Source: Psilocybe cubensis (Eukaryota). Taken from it: a stretch of 64,000 nucleotides of DNA. Numbering within the stretch: position 1 is the stretch's first letter; the number at the start of each line of letters is the position of its first letter. The stretch covers positions 2,914,001-2,978,000 of the forward strand of contig CM039003.1 of assembly GCA_017499595.2 (NCBI GenBank), read 5' to 3'. The notes below the pieces were generated by a model that had not been told where the DNA came from, made no database searches, and was given only the letters and a program-made list of their open reading frames with translations. This document shows positions 49,601 through 62,650 of this stretch, piece after piece. The translations under genes were made by a program, and so were the position numbers.

Positions 49601-52166
49601 TGCCGTTCAAGCGATGGTGTTGCTCTCTAATTGGCTGCAGCTGTTTGACGAGGTAACCGCCATTTTGTCAATTTTTTGTGGTTACTGCTGACTACCCTGT
49701 TTAAAGTCCGCATTCGCAACGAGGCTGAAGGACCTTGCCAACATAGTCTCAGATGCGCTGACGTTTCTCCGTTCATTTGCCAATATCATTGCCACCAGCG
49801 CCCCACACATCTACGTGTCAGCTTTACCTTTTGCTCCTAAATCATCTCAAATTTACAAGATGTATTCTGCATGCTTTGCACCAACGTTATATTTCAAACT
49901 AGGCCAACTAGATGATTGGCCCGCGCTAGAGATGTTTATCACGACGCCCTCCCAAGTCAACTGCGTTGATTTCTCCCCTGATGGTGAATGGATTGTATCC
50001 GGGTTGGAAGACGGGACTGTATGCCTATGGAATGCGACTACTGGGATGATGGAAGGAGTCCCGTTTCGTGGCCACAGTGGCGCTGTCCTCTCGATCGCAT
50101 TCTCCTCAGACGGCCAAAAGATCGTATCTGGATCCAATGACTCTACTGTACGCCTTTGGAATTTTGCAACAGGGGCGATGGAAGGAGAACCATGGGTTGG
50201 ACATACCAGCCACGTATCCGCTGTTGTATTTACTCCCAAAGCCGACTATGCAGTGTCTGGCTCCTTCGATTCTACAATTCGGTTATGGAATGTAGGAAAG
50301 GGAGCAGTGGAAGGAGAACCTTTAACGGATCATCAGTATGCAATTTTTTCTGTTGCAGTGTCGAAGGACGGTGATAGGGTTGTTTCCGGCTCAATGGATC
50401 TCACAGTCCGTGTTTGGGACCTGTGCGTGCTAGATGGTGTGGCAGAGCTTACCCCTCTACTTAGCCTTCCCATTCCGAATACTGCTTTGAGCGTTGCAAT
50501 CTCACCCGATGGTAACCAAATTGCCGCAGGTTGTTGTGACAGGGCAATTTATTTGTGGGATAGCGTGACGGAATTGACACCAGCAACCCCATTACGTGGT
50601 CACAGGCTCACGGTAATAACAGTCAACTATTCTCCAGACGGAAAGCGCCTTGTTTCTGGATCAGACGATCAGCACCTTTTCCTATGGGACAAGACTTCAG
50701 AAGTGGTCGAACCTAACCCGCTGATTGGGCACACTAATATCATCCGCACAGCAGTATTCTCCATGGATGGTCTCCGGATTGCCTCCGGTGGTGATGACCG
50801 CAAAATTGGCATTTGGAACGCCATCTCCGCAGAGCGTCAATTGCGTGGAGACAAGGATAAAATAAAGTGCCATGACGGACTTGTCAACTCTGTCGCCTAT
50901 TCCCCCGACAGAAGTCGGCGCCTAATAGCTTCTGGCTCAGACGACGGGACTGTGTGTTTGTGGAATGCTGAAACAGGACAACTCATTGGCGCTCCTTTCC
51001 GTGGACATACCGCTCCAATTCATGCGATAGCCTTTTCAACAGATGGACGAAGAATTGTATCAGGATCTGCTGATCAAACTCTGCGCGTTTGGAGTGTGGA
51101 CGAGGGAACGATGGTAGGAAGCCCTTTTACTGGGCACACCTTTATGATATATGCCGTTGCATTCTCCGTTGACGGTAAAACAATTGTATCTGGTTCCCGG
51201 GATGGTGAAGTTCGAATATGGGACACGGAGACAGGAACAATGATGGGAAACCTCCCATACCGCTCCGCTTTGGTCTGGTCAGTAGCATTTAGTCCTGATG
51301 GACAAAAGGTGGTTTCTGGATCACATGATGGCGCTGTCTGGTTCAGGGAGCTTGGTAGCGAAGAGCAAAATGGCCGGCGATTAGATACCAGTGACAACTA
51401 TGGGAGCCGTCAGAAGGGTCTTGACACTCAGATTGATGAAAGCCTGGAATCCAATAGTATCGATGAGGAGAACGATAGTGAAGATGACGATGTCGACAAT
51501 GAGGAATTGGATGACACGAGTTTTGGTAGCGAAGACATCAGTGACAGCGACTCAGAGTCAGAGTGGCAATGCTCTGTTAGCTTTGTTACTTTTACTGAAG
51601 GAGGGGACAAAATTATGTCTTGCTCCGTCGATGGTACGATTCGTATTTGGAATTCAGGTACGGGAGAAAGAGATGGCCCTTCCTTCACTCTTCAAAATAG
51701 TGATGATTGGATGGCACCTTTTGCTCTATCTCCTGATGGTACTCGACTTGCTGCCGCTTCTTGCTATGACTACAGGATAGGCGTGTGGAACCTCGCCACC
51801 AGAGCCATGGAAAGCTCTTACCCACTCTTTGGGCATACGAACCTAGTTCGGTCACTTTCATTCTCTCCGGATGGCTGTCAACTGGTCTCCTGCTCTGAAG
51901 ATTCGACTATCCGCGTCTGGGACCTAAACACATCAACTATGACAAGCAAAGAGTTGGTCCCTAATACTAACTCGTATGCGATCAACGATGAAGGATGGAT
52001 ATGTGGAGAGGACGGCCAACTTTTCATATGGATTCCACAAATCCATAGACCGACACTTCGACGCCCAGATGCAACAATATCAATTATTGCCTCCCACCAA
52101 ACTGCCATTGATTTCTCCGACTTTCTTCACGGGGAGAACTGGGCTGCATCATATCGGCGTCGGTAG
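46693..52166 (+). CDS. Fungal NLR-like STAND protein: C2 domain + helical N-terminal domain + NACHT + WD40 repeats (HET-E-like)
   Basis: C2-like exons (LVHRAIQLP..KFYATV..KETKAI..VEWNQKF; SIYAKH..LLIGSIDV); IHPYAKAAW helical region; CLEGTRADLL; Walker A GKAGTGKSS; IVIDGLDES; more than a dozen GH...WD-type repeats. Confidence 0.88.
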
Positions 52167-52365
52167 AAATATAGCTAAGTCTAGCTAAGTCTAAATGTCT
52201 AATAGTAGTACTACAAATCTTTTTTTTTCTTTCACTCTTCAAGTAAATTCCAACTGGTTGGTGGCATATACAATGTATAAAATACAACAGATATTTATAT
52301 ACACTTTGTAAATGCATATTTAGGGGCAGACAATATGAAAATAATGAAGGCTGATGGAAGTTGTC

Positions 52366-54394
52366 TTAATATGCGAATCCTTCTCGATGAATACGCCCAA
52401 GGTCAGTGCCAATACGACCCAACGAATTCAAAACAGATTCCTCAAATGGCCCTGAGCCACACAAATATATTTCTGTCCCATCCGCGGTCAGGCAATCCTT
52501 TCTATCCTCGAAAAAGGTAGCGGGAATGCGTCCAGTGTGAACACAGAACTTCAACTCCGGGTGCAGATTAGCAATCTTGTCACTGGTAAAAATATGGATA
52601 GACAAGTAAGGAGGAAAGGAGTGCCCATTTATCGCCTTTGAAACTAGCGACAACATGACGTCCGGTTCCCGAGCAGAGATCATAAGAGTGATGTTGCAAA
52701 GCGGGTGATAGGTCATATCGGACAATGCAGCTAACATTGCGATGAAAGGAGTGATGCCAATGCCTCCTGCGATCCAAAAAATGTGTTTAATTTCTTTCGT
52801 GCCGATGACGACAGGGAGGTTGGGCTTGATTTGAGGAAGTACAAACTCCCCACTAATGCCTGTTATAGTGGCTCTCAAGTCTAGAGATCGTGAGTTATCG
52901 AGAATTTCGGCCTGACCCTTCGCAGACAACTTCCGAGCAAGGTCAAAAAGAGCACCTGTAACCTTTCCCCCAGGTTTTTCCCGCATAGTGAGTGAAAATA
53001 ATGGTGTTTCTGTCTCTGATGCGTTTGAAATCGTCCACGTCCTAATGAACTCTTCTTTAGAGTCTCCTTCTCCCTCAATTGACAAATGGGAGTTAACGAA
53101 GGATGGACTAAACACCAAGATAGCCGATTGGCCTGGCTTGTAATGAAGAGGGGACGACGCTTCCCACTCGAATGTGGCAAGAGTAGGAGTGTGGACAATG
53201 ATGCGAGTTAGCAATGCTGTGGGGCGTTCGAGTTCTTGCACAGATTGCCCTTCATGAACTTCCTCGGCCAAGAAGCGAGCGGCGGGACTGTAAGGACTGA
53301 TTTCAACCTTAACCGCCGGATCCTGACGCACTGGAAGAGCATCACGGACGAGTGTATAACCGGTGACATAAATTTCGGTTAATATCTCTTGAAGAGGCAT
53401 AATGGCTCGCGCTTCATCGCCATGCAGATTCCTAGCATTTCCCGTCAGATACAGAATGTCACCAGTGGCGAACGACACAAATGCCATTGCGGCAAATGGA
53501 GTCGCCTCGATATTCCCGAGGGAATTTAAATAATTTGCGCCTGCGAGAAGACCTCAAAGCACATTCTTGTGAACCGTGGAGATGAAACTTACCTTTGAAG
53601 TCAGGGAGAACCACGGTACGACCATCCGAAGGCTTTACACGGATGAAGCCTGGCCTTCCGCCACGGTGATTTAATCCAAGGTGAGACGGATACAGTGCCG
53701 ACTCTTCTTCCATCGCACTATACGTCGTTCCTAGAAACACAGTATCTGCTCCAAGAATAAAATCGATAGCATTTTGTGATAATTTGTCGTCCTGCAGTAG
53801 GCGAGGCCTATCTTCTTCGAGGAAGCACGACGTTTTTGGGTGGGGAAGGAGGTCTCGCAGGGTGATATACTTTGGACAATGTCTGCACATGATATTAGCA
53901 TGATTCAATCTTTCTATCACAATTAAGACGCACCCCACTGCCTGATTGGCTTCAAGTTCAATATGTATGTCGTCTTTATTTGTTTCGATCTTGGTCATAT
54001 GTCCGGCAAATTTATTCCTTTTGCGAGTGGAGACCTCAATGCCCAATCCTCCAATGAGATTGGATCTTCCCTTGCAATTCATATTGCTCAAATACCGATG
54101 AAAAGGATCGCCAGGCCATGGTTTAGCGTCGATAGTGAGAGTATTGTGTTTAGGGTACTTGACGAATCCAACCTCGCCATCCGTTGATGCGAGGATAGAG
54201 ACCCATGGTCGCTGAGCATCGTCAAGAATGCAAACTGGAAGGAACTGGATGCTTGAGCAGTAGAAGGCGGAATGTTGTTCGGGGACATCAGCGCGAATAT
54301 GAGTATAGAGTGTTGCAACAGATGCGATTTTGTCGACGCCAAACTTTCGTCGAGCTAGTTGTTCCCCTCGGTGCCACCCGTGAACTGCGGTCAT
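52366..54394 (-). CDS. Pyridoxamine-5'-phosphate oxidase-like / FNR-type FAD-NAD(P) oxidoreductase fusion
   Basis: GWHRGEQ; LDDAQRPWVSIL; STRKRNKFAG; CPKYI; HLGLNHRGGRPGFIRV; RTWTIS; WIAGGIGITPF; YLCGSGPF; HREGFAY*. Confidence 0.85.
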
Positions 54395-56165
54395 GATGTT
54401 TTGGTTTAGATGGACAATCAAAGGCATTTATATAGGAGAACGAGAAGTCACTGCCCTAAGTCAAGTCAGCGGACGTACAAGAACCTATATTAACTTCAGT
54501 TAGCTTCACATTCAATTATAACAATGTCAACTAGACGAATGAAACACTTACTTACCAGCCAATAGAATGAAAACATGCCCGATTATCTCGCGGAATCAAG
54601 AAGGCACCCCAAATGAGTTGTGGAGCTAAACTCTTTTTGGCCCTGAGGTGCGTCCATGACCTCTGAGTATCCTGGATGACCCGGCGCTGGAAGAATGAAA
54701 ATAGACAATTGGATTGGACTGTTTTGTGTCGGAAAATTAAGCAACAAGGTAGGATTATAAAGTGTGCCGAGGGCGTTGATTATGCACTGGCTTGCTTATA
54801 CCCAACCAGGAGGTAGTGACGCGATGTAGTGTCACTGTCAGCCTGTAGAAAGTAAAAGATTGGTCACCTGTTCTGGCAGCTTGTTCCCAGTTAAATGTTG
54901 ACACTAACAATGATTAGAAGAAGCCAAGTGAGTTGATTTAAACCCGAATGATGATTAAACCCTGCGGATGAACGCGGAAGACAGGAGTTCAGGGGTTAGT
55001 TGGCGAGCCCAAACGTCACATTGTTTTCAGCACTACGTACCATTCTCCTAAAAGGACTCCTAAGCAACGACCCGGTTCCACGACTGGACAGACCTCGAAA
55101 TGTTATACTTCTTGTCGATGCGAATCGCCATTGCCGTTGTTCGTCATTATAGTCCCCAACGTAGCCTGGCAGAGAAAATAACAAAGTTCGGCGACAATGC
55201 ACATTTAAGAGCTCAGACTATTGATGAGCATTTTCTGTACTTCGCATACCCTGTAGCAGAATCAGCCTCTACGATGTAGGCAAAACGCTACTCTGACCGA
55301 ACGTGGGTTATGGGCCCAGTAGGCAAAACGCTGGAAGTCGGACAAGTTACCTAGAGTGACTTTGTGAACATCCGACCGGGTGACTCCGACCGGGGTCGCC
55401 ATCGATTTGTCATTTTTTCTCACAGTGCCTCAGGGGCAAAGAGTCGGATTCATTCGGAACGTTGAAAGAAGTAAGTTTGTCATGGACGTTCAGCTTGATT
55501 CACCTATCCTGGTTTTCCGTTTGTCCAATATACCCATTTTCTGCCTGGTGCCCATGATTTTTTGTTATTATCACCTACTAATAGAACATAATTTACAAAC
55601 TAGGATTTAGAACACCAACATGTCCGGAGAGCACAATACGTGACTGAGTCCGATGCACTGAGATCAAGACAGGCCTATGAAGCGATTATCATCATCACTG
55701 CTAACGCCAGTACATCTCATTGGACGAAAAACTGCATTTTCATATTTGTGAATCAAAGCACAGACACTGCCGCTATCGGAACGAGGCCCGGACCGTCCTG
55801 AAGAAGACATGATACGAGGGCCGCAGCTTATTTCTGGCGTGTACTCTCCCCTTGATGCAGCTATTGATTCTGATTATCCGAAGAACCTCTACGTGTGTGT
55901 GGGGTTTCGAAAATCATCATATGACGAGTATTTCACGATAGGGTGAGAATTTTATCGCAGACTTCCACTTATCTATTCAAGAGTTGCGACGCCAGTGAGT
56001 AATTAATCACTCCTACCGTGTGCTCTAAGGCTGAGTGTTATCAGCTCTGGGCTCCAGACACTATGCTTCGCGTTGGAACTCATCTTTGAATTGTGCTTAT
56101 TTTTACTTTTTGTGGGGTATAAAAAACTGTATGATGAAGGCAGTTCTCGCATCTTTTCTACAATC

Positions 56166-57444
56166 ATGAAGCTCACAATTGCATCGTCACTGTGGCTGAG
56201 TCTTGCGCCTACTGTTTTGTCTCAGTCTGGCGTGTCCGATGACCCGAAGGTCTTTGGAAATGTCTTCAACTTTTGGACCAAGCTTTCGCCAGGTTGGGAC
56301 GTACGTTTATTCCCATTTCAATTAACATCTCAGAAGGACCGCATCTGATTGATATTTCTGATAGTTAACTCGCGGAAACAAAGCCAATGCAATCACGCTT
56401 CCTATGCCAAAGAATGGGCCCATTGTCATCCAACCAAATAAAACAGCTTTGGTCATCATCGATATGCAGAATTTCTTCCTGCACGAAAGCTTAGGAGGTG
56501 ACCCACTTGGAAGGGCTATCGTGCGTAAGTAAATTTCACCACATCAAGAATTTTGCGTTATATAAATGTGCATTAATATAGCAACAACCGTTGACATGAT
56601 CCACGCGTTCAGAAACGCCGGTATGCCTGTTCTCTGGACAAACTGGGGTCTGACGGAGTTTGATTGTGCGTGTATTTTCATCATTTTATATCATCCCTTT
56701 CGTCATATGAGTATTTTTATCAGTGATCAACATGCCTCCCTCGTTCATTAACGGATTCACAAGCGATGGAACGTCTGTGAAATCATTTGGCAGTGACATG
56801 GGTTCAATTGTCGTTCCTAAATCTGATCCTTCAATTCCTGCAACATCTAAGACTCAAGGGGGCAACCAGACAATTGCTGTAGGCAGGAAGCTCATGCGCG
56901 GCAGCTGGAATGCTCAGCCGTACGCATTTTTTCCTTTCACGTTTTTGGTTTTCTCAGTTCTAACTGTCGAATAGCTGGGGCGCTCTTCTGAATGAACAAG
57001 TTCAAGGTGTAGCAAAAGGGACCGACTTTTACTTCAATAAAAGTGAGATAATTATTCCAAGCCTGGGTACAATTACTCACGCTACTGTGATTGATAGATC
57101 GATTGTCCGGAATGTGGGGTGCAGGAACACCTATGCAGACATGGCTCCAGGATAACAGCATGACCACGCTCTTCTTCGGAGGGGTCAACATCGATCAATG
57201 TGTTTGGGGAACCCTGCTCGAGTGTGTATATCTCGAGAATGTTCCCTGATAATCTATTCTAACACCTGCTTACTCTAGCTCATTCTATAAAGGTTATGAT
57301 GTTATCCTCATGGACGATATCTCAGCGACGACCTCCCCGATCGGTGCAACCCAGATGGTGGACTTTAATGCGCAGCTCAATGGATGGAGAGCAAATTCGA
57401 CTGATATTTTGGGTGCTTTGAAAAAAGCTGCTAAGCAGAAATAG
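56166..57444 (+). CDS. Isochorismatase-like cysteine hydrolase with signal peptide (copy 1)
   Basis: TALVIIDMQNFFLH (Asp); FNK|NRLSG (Lys); TLFFGGVNIDQCV (Cys); N-terminal MKLTIASSLWLSLAPTVLSQ. Confidence 0.87.
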
Positions 57445-58512
57445 TGTATACTTTTGAATGTCTACTTTTCGGGCCGTGTATATATCAAATCTCTTGTGAA
57501 TTTAACATGCTATTCATCGTTGGAATAAGATATGGTACAGTATAGTATGTCTAGTATTATGAATGGTTATACAAATTGTTGACTCTGTAAACGGTGCTGA
57601 ACGCGCGTTGCCTTTATGAATCAATGGAACGAGCTTCGCGCGCCCAAGATATTGATTGAACTCCATACATCGACATCTCGGGACCTGGATCAGCTTAATT
57701 TTACCCCAACACCATGTGTAGATGTTTGCAAAACCGAGGATGCATCATTTACCAGTTACTGTATCTCATCCAAGTTGAGGTTTTTCTCAGACTTTGAGGC
57801 CAACAGTATGAGGACCCTCAACACTGCACCATTCTAAGTTTGGAGAGTTATACCACCAGTCTTGTTTGTGGCGGCTGTGTGGCTTCAATTGATGTGCAAA
57901 TCTGCTGCCTTATTTAGGTCCATTTTCTTAGTGTTATAATTCAAGTTGCAGCGCTGACATGTGCTCGGTATATGCAAACACAGTACCTACGACTTGTTCT
58001 CGTTTCTACCGTTGGATTGTTTATCGACCCTTTGGGCTGGGTAACTAAACACATTCAGTCCGAGAATCTGCCTGTCGGAAGAGAAAAAACCCCTGAAATT
58101 TCTTGCTAAATGAAGGTGGGAAGTTTTGGACAGGGTTCGTATGGCGTTATAAACAGATTTACCTTTTTCGGTGAGTCCAATACCAAATTAAACACTGTGA
58201 ATGCTTGTGAAACGTGATATACCTATACCATGATCATCCCTTGCGCCTTAGGTGCGTACTCTTTTCTTGATGCGCCCTTTGATTCTGATAATCTGAAATA
58301 CCTCGAGATATGATCATATTTTCGATATGGTGAGAGTAATCACTCTTACCGCTACTGTGGTCTAAGGGTGGGCGGTATCAGTGCTGAGTCTCAGCAGATG
58401 CTATGCTTCGTGTTTGAAATCATCATTGAAAAATACATTTCCTTAATCTTTGTAGGGTATAAAATGCGGGTAAATACAATGCGGTTCTAGCATCCTCAGC
58501 AGTTCTACAAAC

Positions 58513-59798
58513 ATGAAGTTCACAACCGCTTTCTCTCTCTCTCTCAGCCTTGCACCTGCTGTTTTATCTCAAACGGGAGTCTCCAACGACCGTATGGTCT
58601 TCGGGAACGTCCTCAACTCCTGGACTAAGCTTTCATCAGGCTGGGACGTACGTGCATTTTTATCGATGATCACCATAGAGGGTCCCAAGCTGACTGAAAT
58701 TCCCAATAGTTAACTCGAGGAAACAAGACAAACGCGATTACGCTGCCTATTCCAAAGAACGGGCCAATTATGATTCAACCAAATAAAACTGCTTTGGTTA
58801 TCATCGACATGCAAAATTTCTTCCTACACGAAAGCCTAGGAGGAAACCCACTAGGGAGGGATGTTGTTCGTAAGTGCATTCTACAACGTCAAACATTTCT
58901 TCCTTTTACTAACAAATATGGATTAATACAGCAACGACTGTTAACATGATTCACGCCTTCAGAAACGCTGGTATGCCTGTTCTCTGGACAAACTGGGGCC
59001 TGACGGAAAATGACTGTGCGTATACTCTCCTGAATGCTACATATCTCTTTCATCTTACGGGTATATTTTATCAGTGATCAACATGCCTCCGGCGCTCATC
59101 AACGGCTTCACGACTGACGGAACATCCGTTACATCATTCGGCAGCGACATGGGCTCAATTGTCGTTCCGAAGTCGGATCCGTCGATCCCTATGACGGACA
59201 AAATTCAGGGAGGAAACCAGACGATTGCAGTGGGCAGAAAGCTCATGCGTGGAAGCTGGAATGCTCAACCGTACGCCACTTTGCTTTTGACTTCTTGTCC
59301 TTCGGGTTTCTCACATCAAGCTGTTCGATAGTTGGGGTGCTCTTCTGAATGAACAACTTCAAGGTGTAGCTAACGGGACTGACTTGTATTTCAACAAGAG
59401 TGAGTGAATTTAGAGGTCATTGGGTCCATTCGCTCACGAATCTAGACAGATCGGCTGTCCGGAATGTGGGGTCCAGGAACGCCTATGCAGACATGGCTTG
59501 AGGACAACAGCATGACCACGCTCTTCTTTGGAGGAGTCAACATTGACCAATGCGTCTGGGGGACCTTGGTTGAGTGAGTCTACGAGGCAAAATTTTCCAT
59601 GGCAAACCTAATTTAACATATGTTTGATCTAGCTCGTACTACAAGGGTTATGATGTTATCCTTGTGGATGATATCGCAGCGACGACTTCTCCAATTGGTG
59701 CAACTCAGATGGTCGACTTTAATGCACAGGTTTTCGGATGGAGAGCCAATTCAACTGATATTCTCGATGCAGTGAAGAAGGCAGCAAGGAGAAGATGA
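58513..59798 (+). CDS. Isochorismatase-like cysteine hydrolase with signal peptide (copy 2, tandem paralog)
   Basis: Same motifs and intron positions as copy 1; N-terminus MKFTTAFSLSLSLAPAVLSQ. Confidence 0.87.
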
Positions 59799-59956
59799 TA
59801 CCTATTGTTTTACAGGCTGTATATTTATTACATTTTAAACACGGAATCGAATTATTATTTCACTACTATTACATATTTTGGGTATAAGATAACTGTTCAA
59901 TGCAAGGGTGGTTGTACAGATGGTGTAGACCGAGGTTAGCGAATGTTGTCGGTAGT

Positions 59957-60542
59957 TTATGAAATTGTGATTTTCTTTGGCGCCAGTTCAGGTGCAGACT
60001 TGGGGAAGGTAATGGTAAGAACGCCATTATTCATCGCCGCAGAGATCTCCCCGTCCTGAGTAACATAGTTAGCATTGTCTAACAAAATCTTTTCCAAGAG
60101 ATATTTACTGACCTTTACACCCTGAGGCAGCTGTAGAGTACGCGAGTACTTTCCGAATCGTCTCTCGCGCACTGCATAGCCGTTCTCGTCGTGATCGGTG
60201 GACTGCTTCGTCTCAGCCGAGACGGTAAGCTTGCCGTTATGCACTTCGATCTGTATGTCATCTTTCGTCGCTCCAGGGAATTCGAACGACGCTGTGACGA
60301 GATTCTTCTCGCTGTTTTCATGGAGGTCCATCCTGTGAAATAGAGAGAAGGTCAGAATCGAGCTTGCGATCCAACAGGTCGAGATTCAGAACATACCTTG
60401 GCTTGAGCGACCTCACAGCACCATCGATATTCCTCTGGTTCCCATTGTTGGAGTTTCGTCTTTGTTGACGAGGTCCAGAGAAAGCTTCCTCGAAGAAGCG
60501 GTCGATGTCGTAGTAAGGCTCGTAGAAGAAGACGCTCGACAT
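59957..60542 (-). CDS. Small heat-shock protein (HSP20/alpha-crystallin), 3 exons
   Basis: MSSVFFYEPYYDIDRFFEEAF..LKP|RMDLHE..VTASFEFPG..VRERRFGKYSRTLQLPQGVK|..MNNGVLTITFPK. Confidence 0.93.
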
Positions 60543-60744
60543 CTCGATGAGGTTGTTGAGTTAGAGATGGGTTTGAAGGCAAAGGACAAGAGTCGTTGAG
60601 ATATTAAGTGATTTTTTGTTTTGATCTGAGGAATTGGGTCCTGGATGAGTCCTGTATTTATACCTCTCAGAGGGGGCTTGCGTGGACACGACTTGCGCAT
60701 GTCATCTTAGATCAATGAAGTCCTCGCAGCCTTCGGCAAATGCC

Positions 60745-61007
60745 AGAAAATTCGAGAAACGACGCTTTCCAAAAAAGGAAACGGCGCACAGGTACTCAGG
60801 TATCGTCAGAGTCTGGGAACGATGAGATTTATCATCGTGCTCAGAAACTGCCAACTGGTGGATCCATACTTTGTCTCGTAATACATTTATTTTCTCTGAG
60901 ATTCTCTAGCAACAATTCTCTCGCACCCTTGAATGAGGAAGACAAAGAGCCGTCGCGGTAGTCGCGCGCCTACAGCTTCCCGATTTGGAATCATTCTCGA
61001 ACCTTCT
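60745..61007. promoter_or_regulatory. Heat-shock elements in the bidirectional HSP20 promoter
   Basis: aGAAaaTTCgaGAAa at 60745-60759 and aTTCtcGAAccTTCt at 60993-61007 (perfect nGAAn triplets); TATA-like boxes at ~60655 (minus strand) and ~61100 (plus strand). Confidence 0.8.
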
Positions 61008-61192
61008 ATGACTCGCGAGTACAAGCCCGGAGCATCTGAGCGTCTAAAACATTTGTAGAACATTGTAGATCCAAGGTCACAAGGGACAGATGAACAGGTA
61101 TAAGAGGGGGGTCAGGTTCACAGTCCTCTCTCCAAAAAACACAAACACACAAACATTCTTCCTGCTCTCGAATCACAGTCAAACATATCAAT

Positions 61193-61770
61193 ATGTCAAA
61201 CGTCTTCTTCTACGAGCCCTACTACGACATTGACCGCTTCTTCGAAGAAGCTTTCTCCGGCCCGCGTCAATCGAGGAGAAACCACCAAGACCAACGCGAG
61301 GTCGATGGCGCCGTAAGGTCCTTTAAACCAAGGTACAGTGCTTCGCCACATATTATAACTAAATGATACTGACCATCGCCTCTCAATAGAATGGACCTCC
61401 ACGAAGATAAAGACAAAAACCTCGTCACGGCCTCATTCGAGTTCCCCGGCGTGACGAAGGAGGACATCCAAATCGAGGTGCACAACGGCAAACTCACCGT
61501 CTCAGCGGAGACGAAGCAGTCATCCGAGCACGACGAAAACGGCTACGCCGTCAGGGAGCGCCGGTTCGGAAAGTATTCGAGGACTTTGCAGTTACCTCAG
61601 GGTGTCAAGGTATGTTGAGCTTTATTTGGCTTGGTTGGGTGTAGTTTCTGACATTATTGGTTGGGTTTTAGGACGAAGAAATCACTGCGTCTGTTAGTAA
61701 CGGTGTTTTGACTGTCACTTTCCCCAAGTCGGCACCCGAGCTAGCGCCCAAGAAGATCACCATTTCGTAA
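61193..61770 (+). CDS. Small heat-shock protein (HSP20), divergent paralog, 3 exons
   Basis: MSNVFFYEPYYDIDRFFEEAF; alpha-crystallin core nearly identical to the minus-strand copy; ends APKKITIS*. Confidence 0.93.
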
Positions 61771-62650
61771 ACCAGTTCTCTTTCTTTTCGGATTTGGCAC
61801 TATGTACTATACCCATATAATCGGAACGCTGTAATATTTAGTACTGTAGTTGGTTTCAATTGAATTTCATAAATTAGCTTTACAAAACGCTTCAGAGCTA
61901 ACGTATTACATTCCTTGAACGATACCTGAAACGCGAGGCGTTCGCGTTATGCACCAAGTACCTTGGCTACATTTCAATGCACTCACAGGTTAATGTTATT
62001 TGACGTCATAGAATGTTGTACACATGGATCTAGTTCACTGCGTCATAAAATTGATTGCGGAGAAGGTTTGCATTCCGATTTGACCGCACGATGAGCAAAT
62101 GACCATTATATGCAAACTTAACGAATAGCTGTAACAACGCGAGAAATTGGTCTCTCTGGTATTTAAATTGAAATCTCCAGGGAAGTAGAAATCCTATACA
62201 AGATACCTGGAAAAAGCTGGCTGGAAAAAGCAAAAAAAACGAAGTGAAATGAGGTTCATTCCGGATCATGTGCACTATCCGGCCGGAACGAATCAACTCC
62301 GCTCCGGGCCGTTCCAAAAGAGGCGGGACCATTCTTGCGGCTCTACGCTTAAAATGTAATGGCATCCTTTTCCAAACCTTTTCCTCCTTTTCTCGTTTTC
62401 CGGTCGTTTTGTGGGACTCTGGATACTCGAGTAGACGCTTAAAGGGTAGACGAGCGTTTTCCACCACGTTTAGGGACGTTGAACCTCGAGGCTGTTGAGG
62501 GCTAGTTTTGGTACGTCAACGCACGTTCAATGCAGCGAGCGAATGGGAAATTTGCGACTAACTTGGAAACTAATAGGTTGTTTATCGTGTATCTATCATA
62601 TATAGGTACTTAGTGCTCAAGGACGCATTGTGCACGTCCTTGACTGCAAC

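Noticed and set aside
52170-52202. Short tagctaagtc tandem after the NLR stop codon
   Set aside because: Two to three short copies in a 3' UTR; ordinary slippage.
39027-59798. ABC transporter + oxidoreductase + hydrolases as a secondary-metabolite cluster
   Set aside because: No backbone enzyme (PKS, NRPS or terpene synthase) in the window, and the genes are interleaved with an unrelated NLR.
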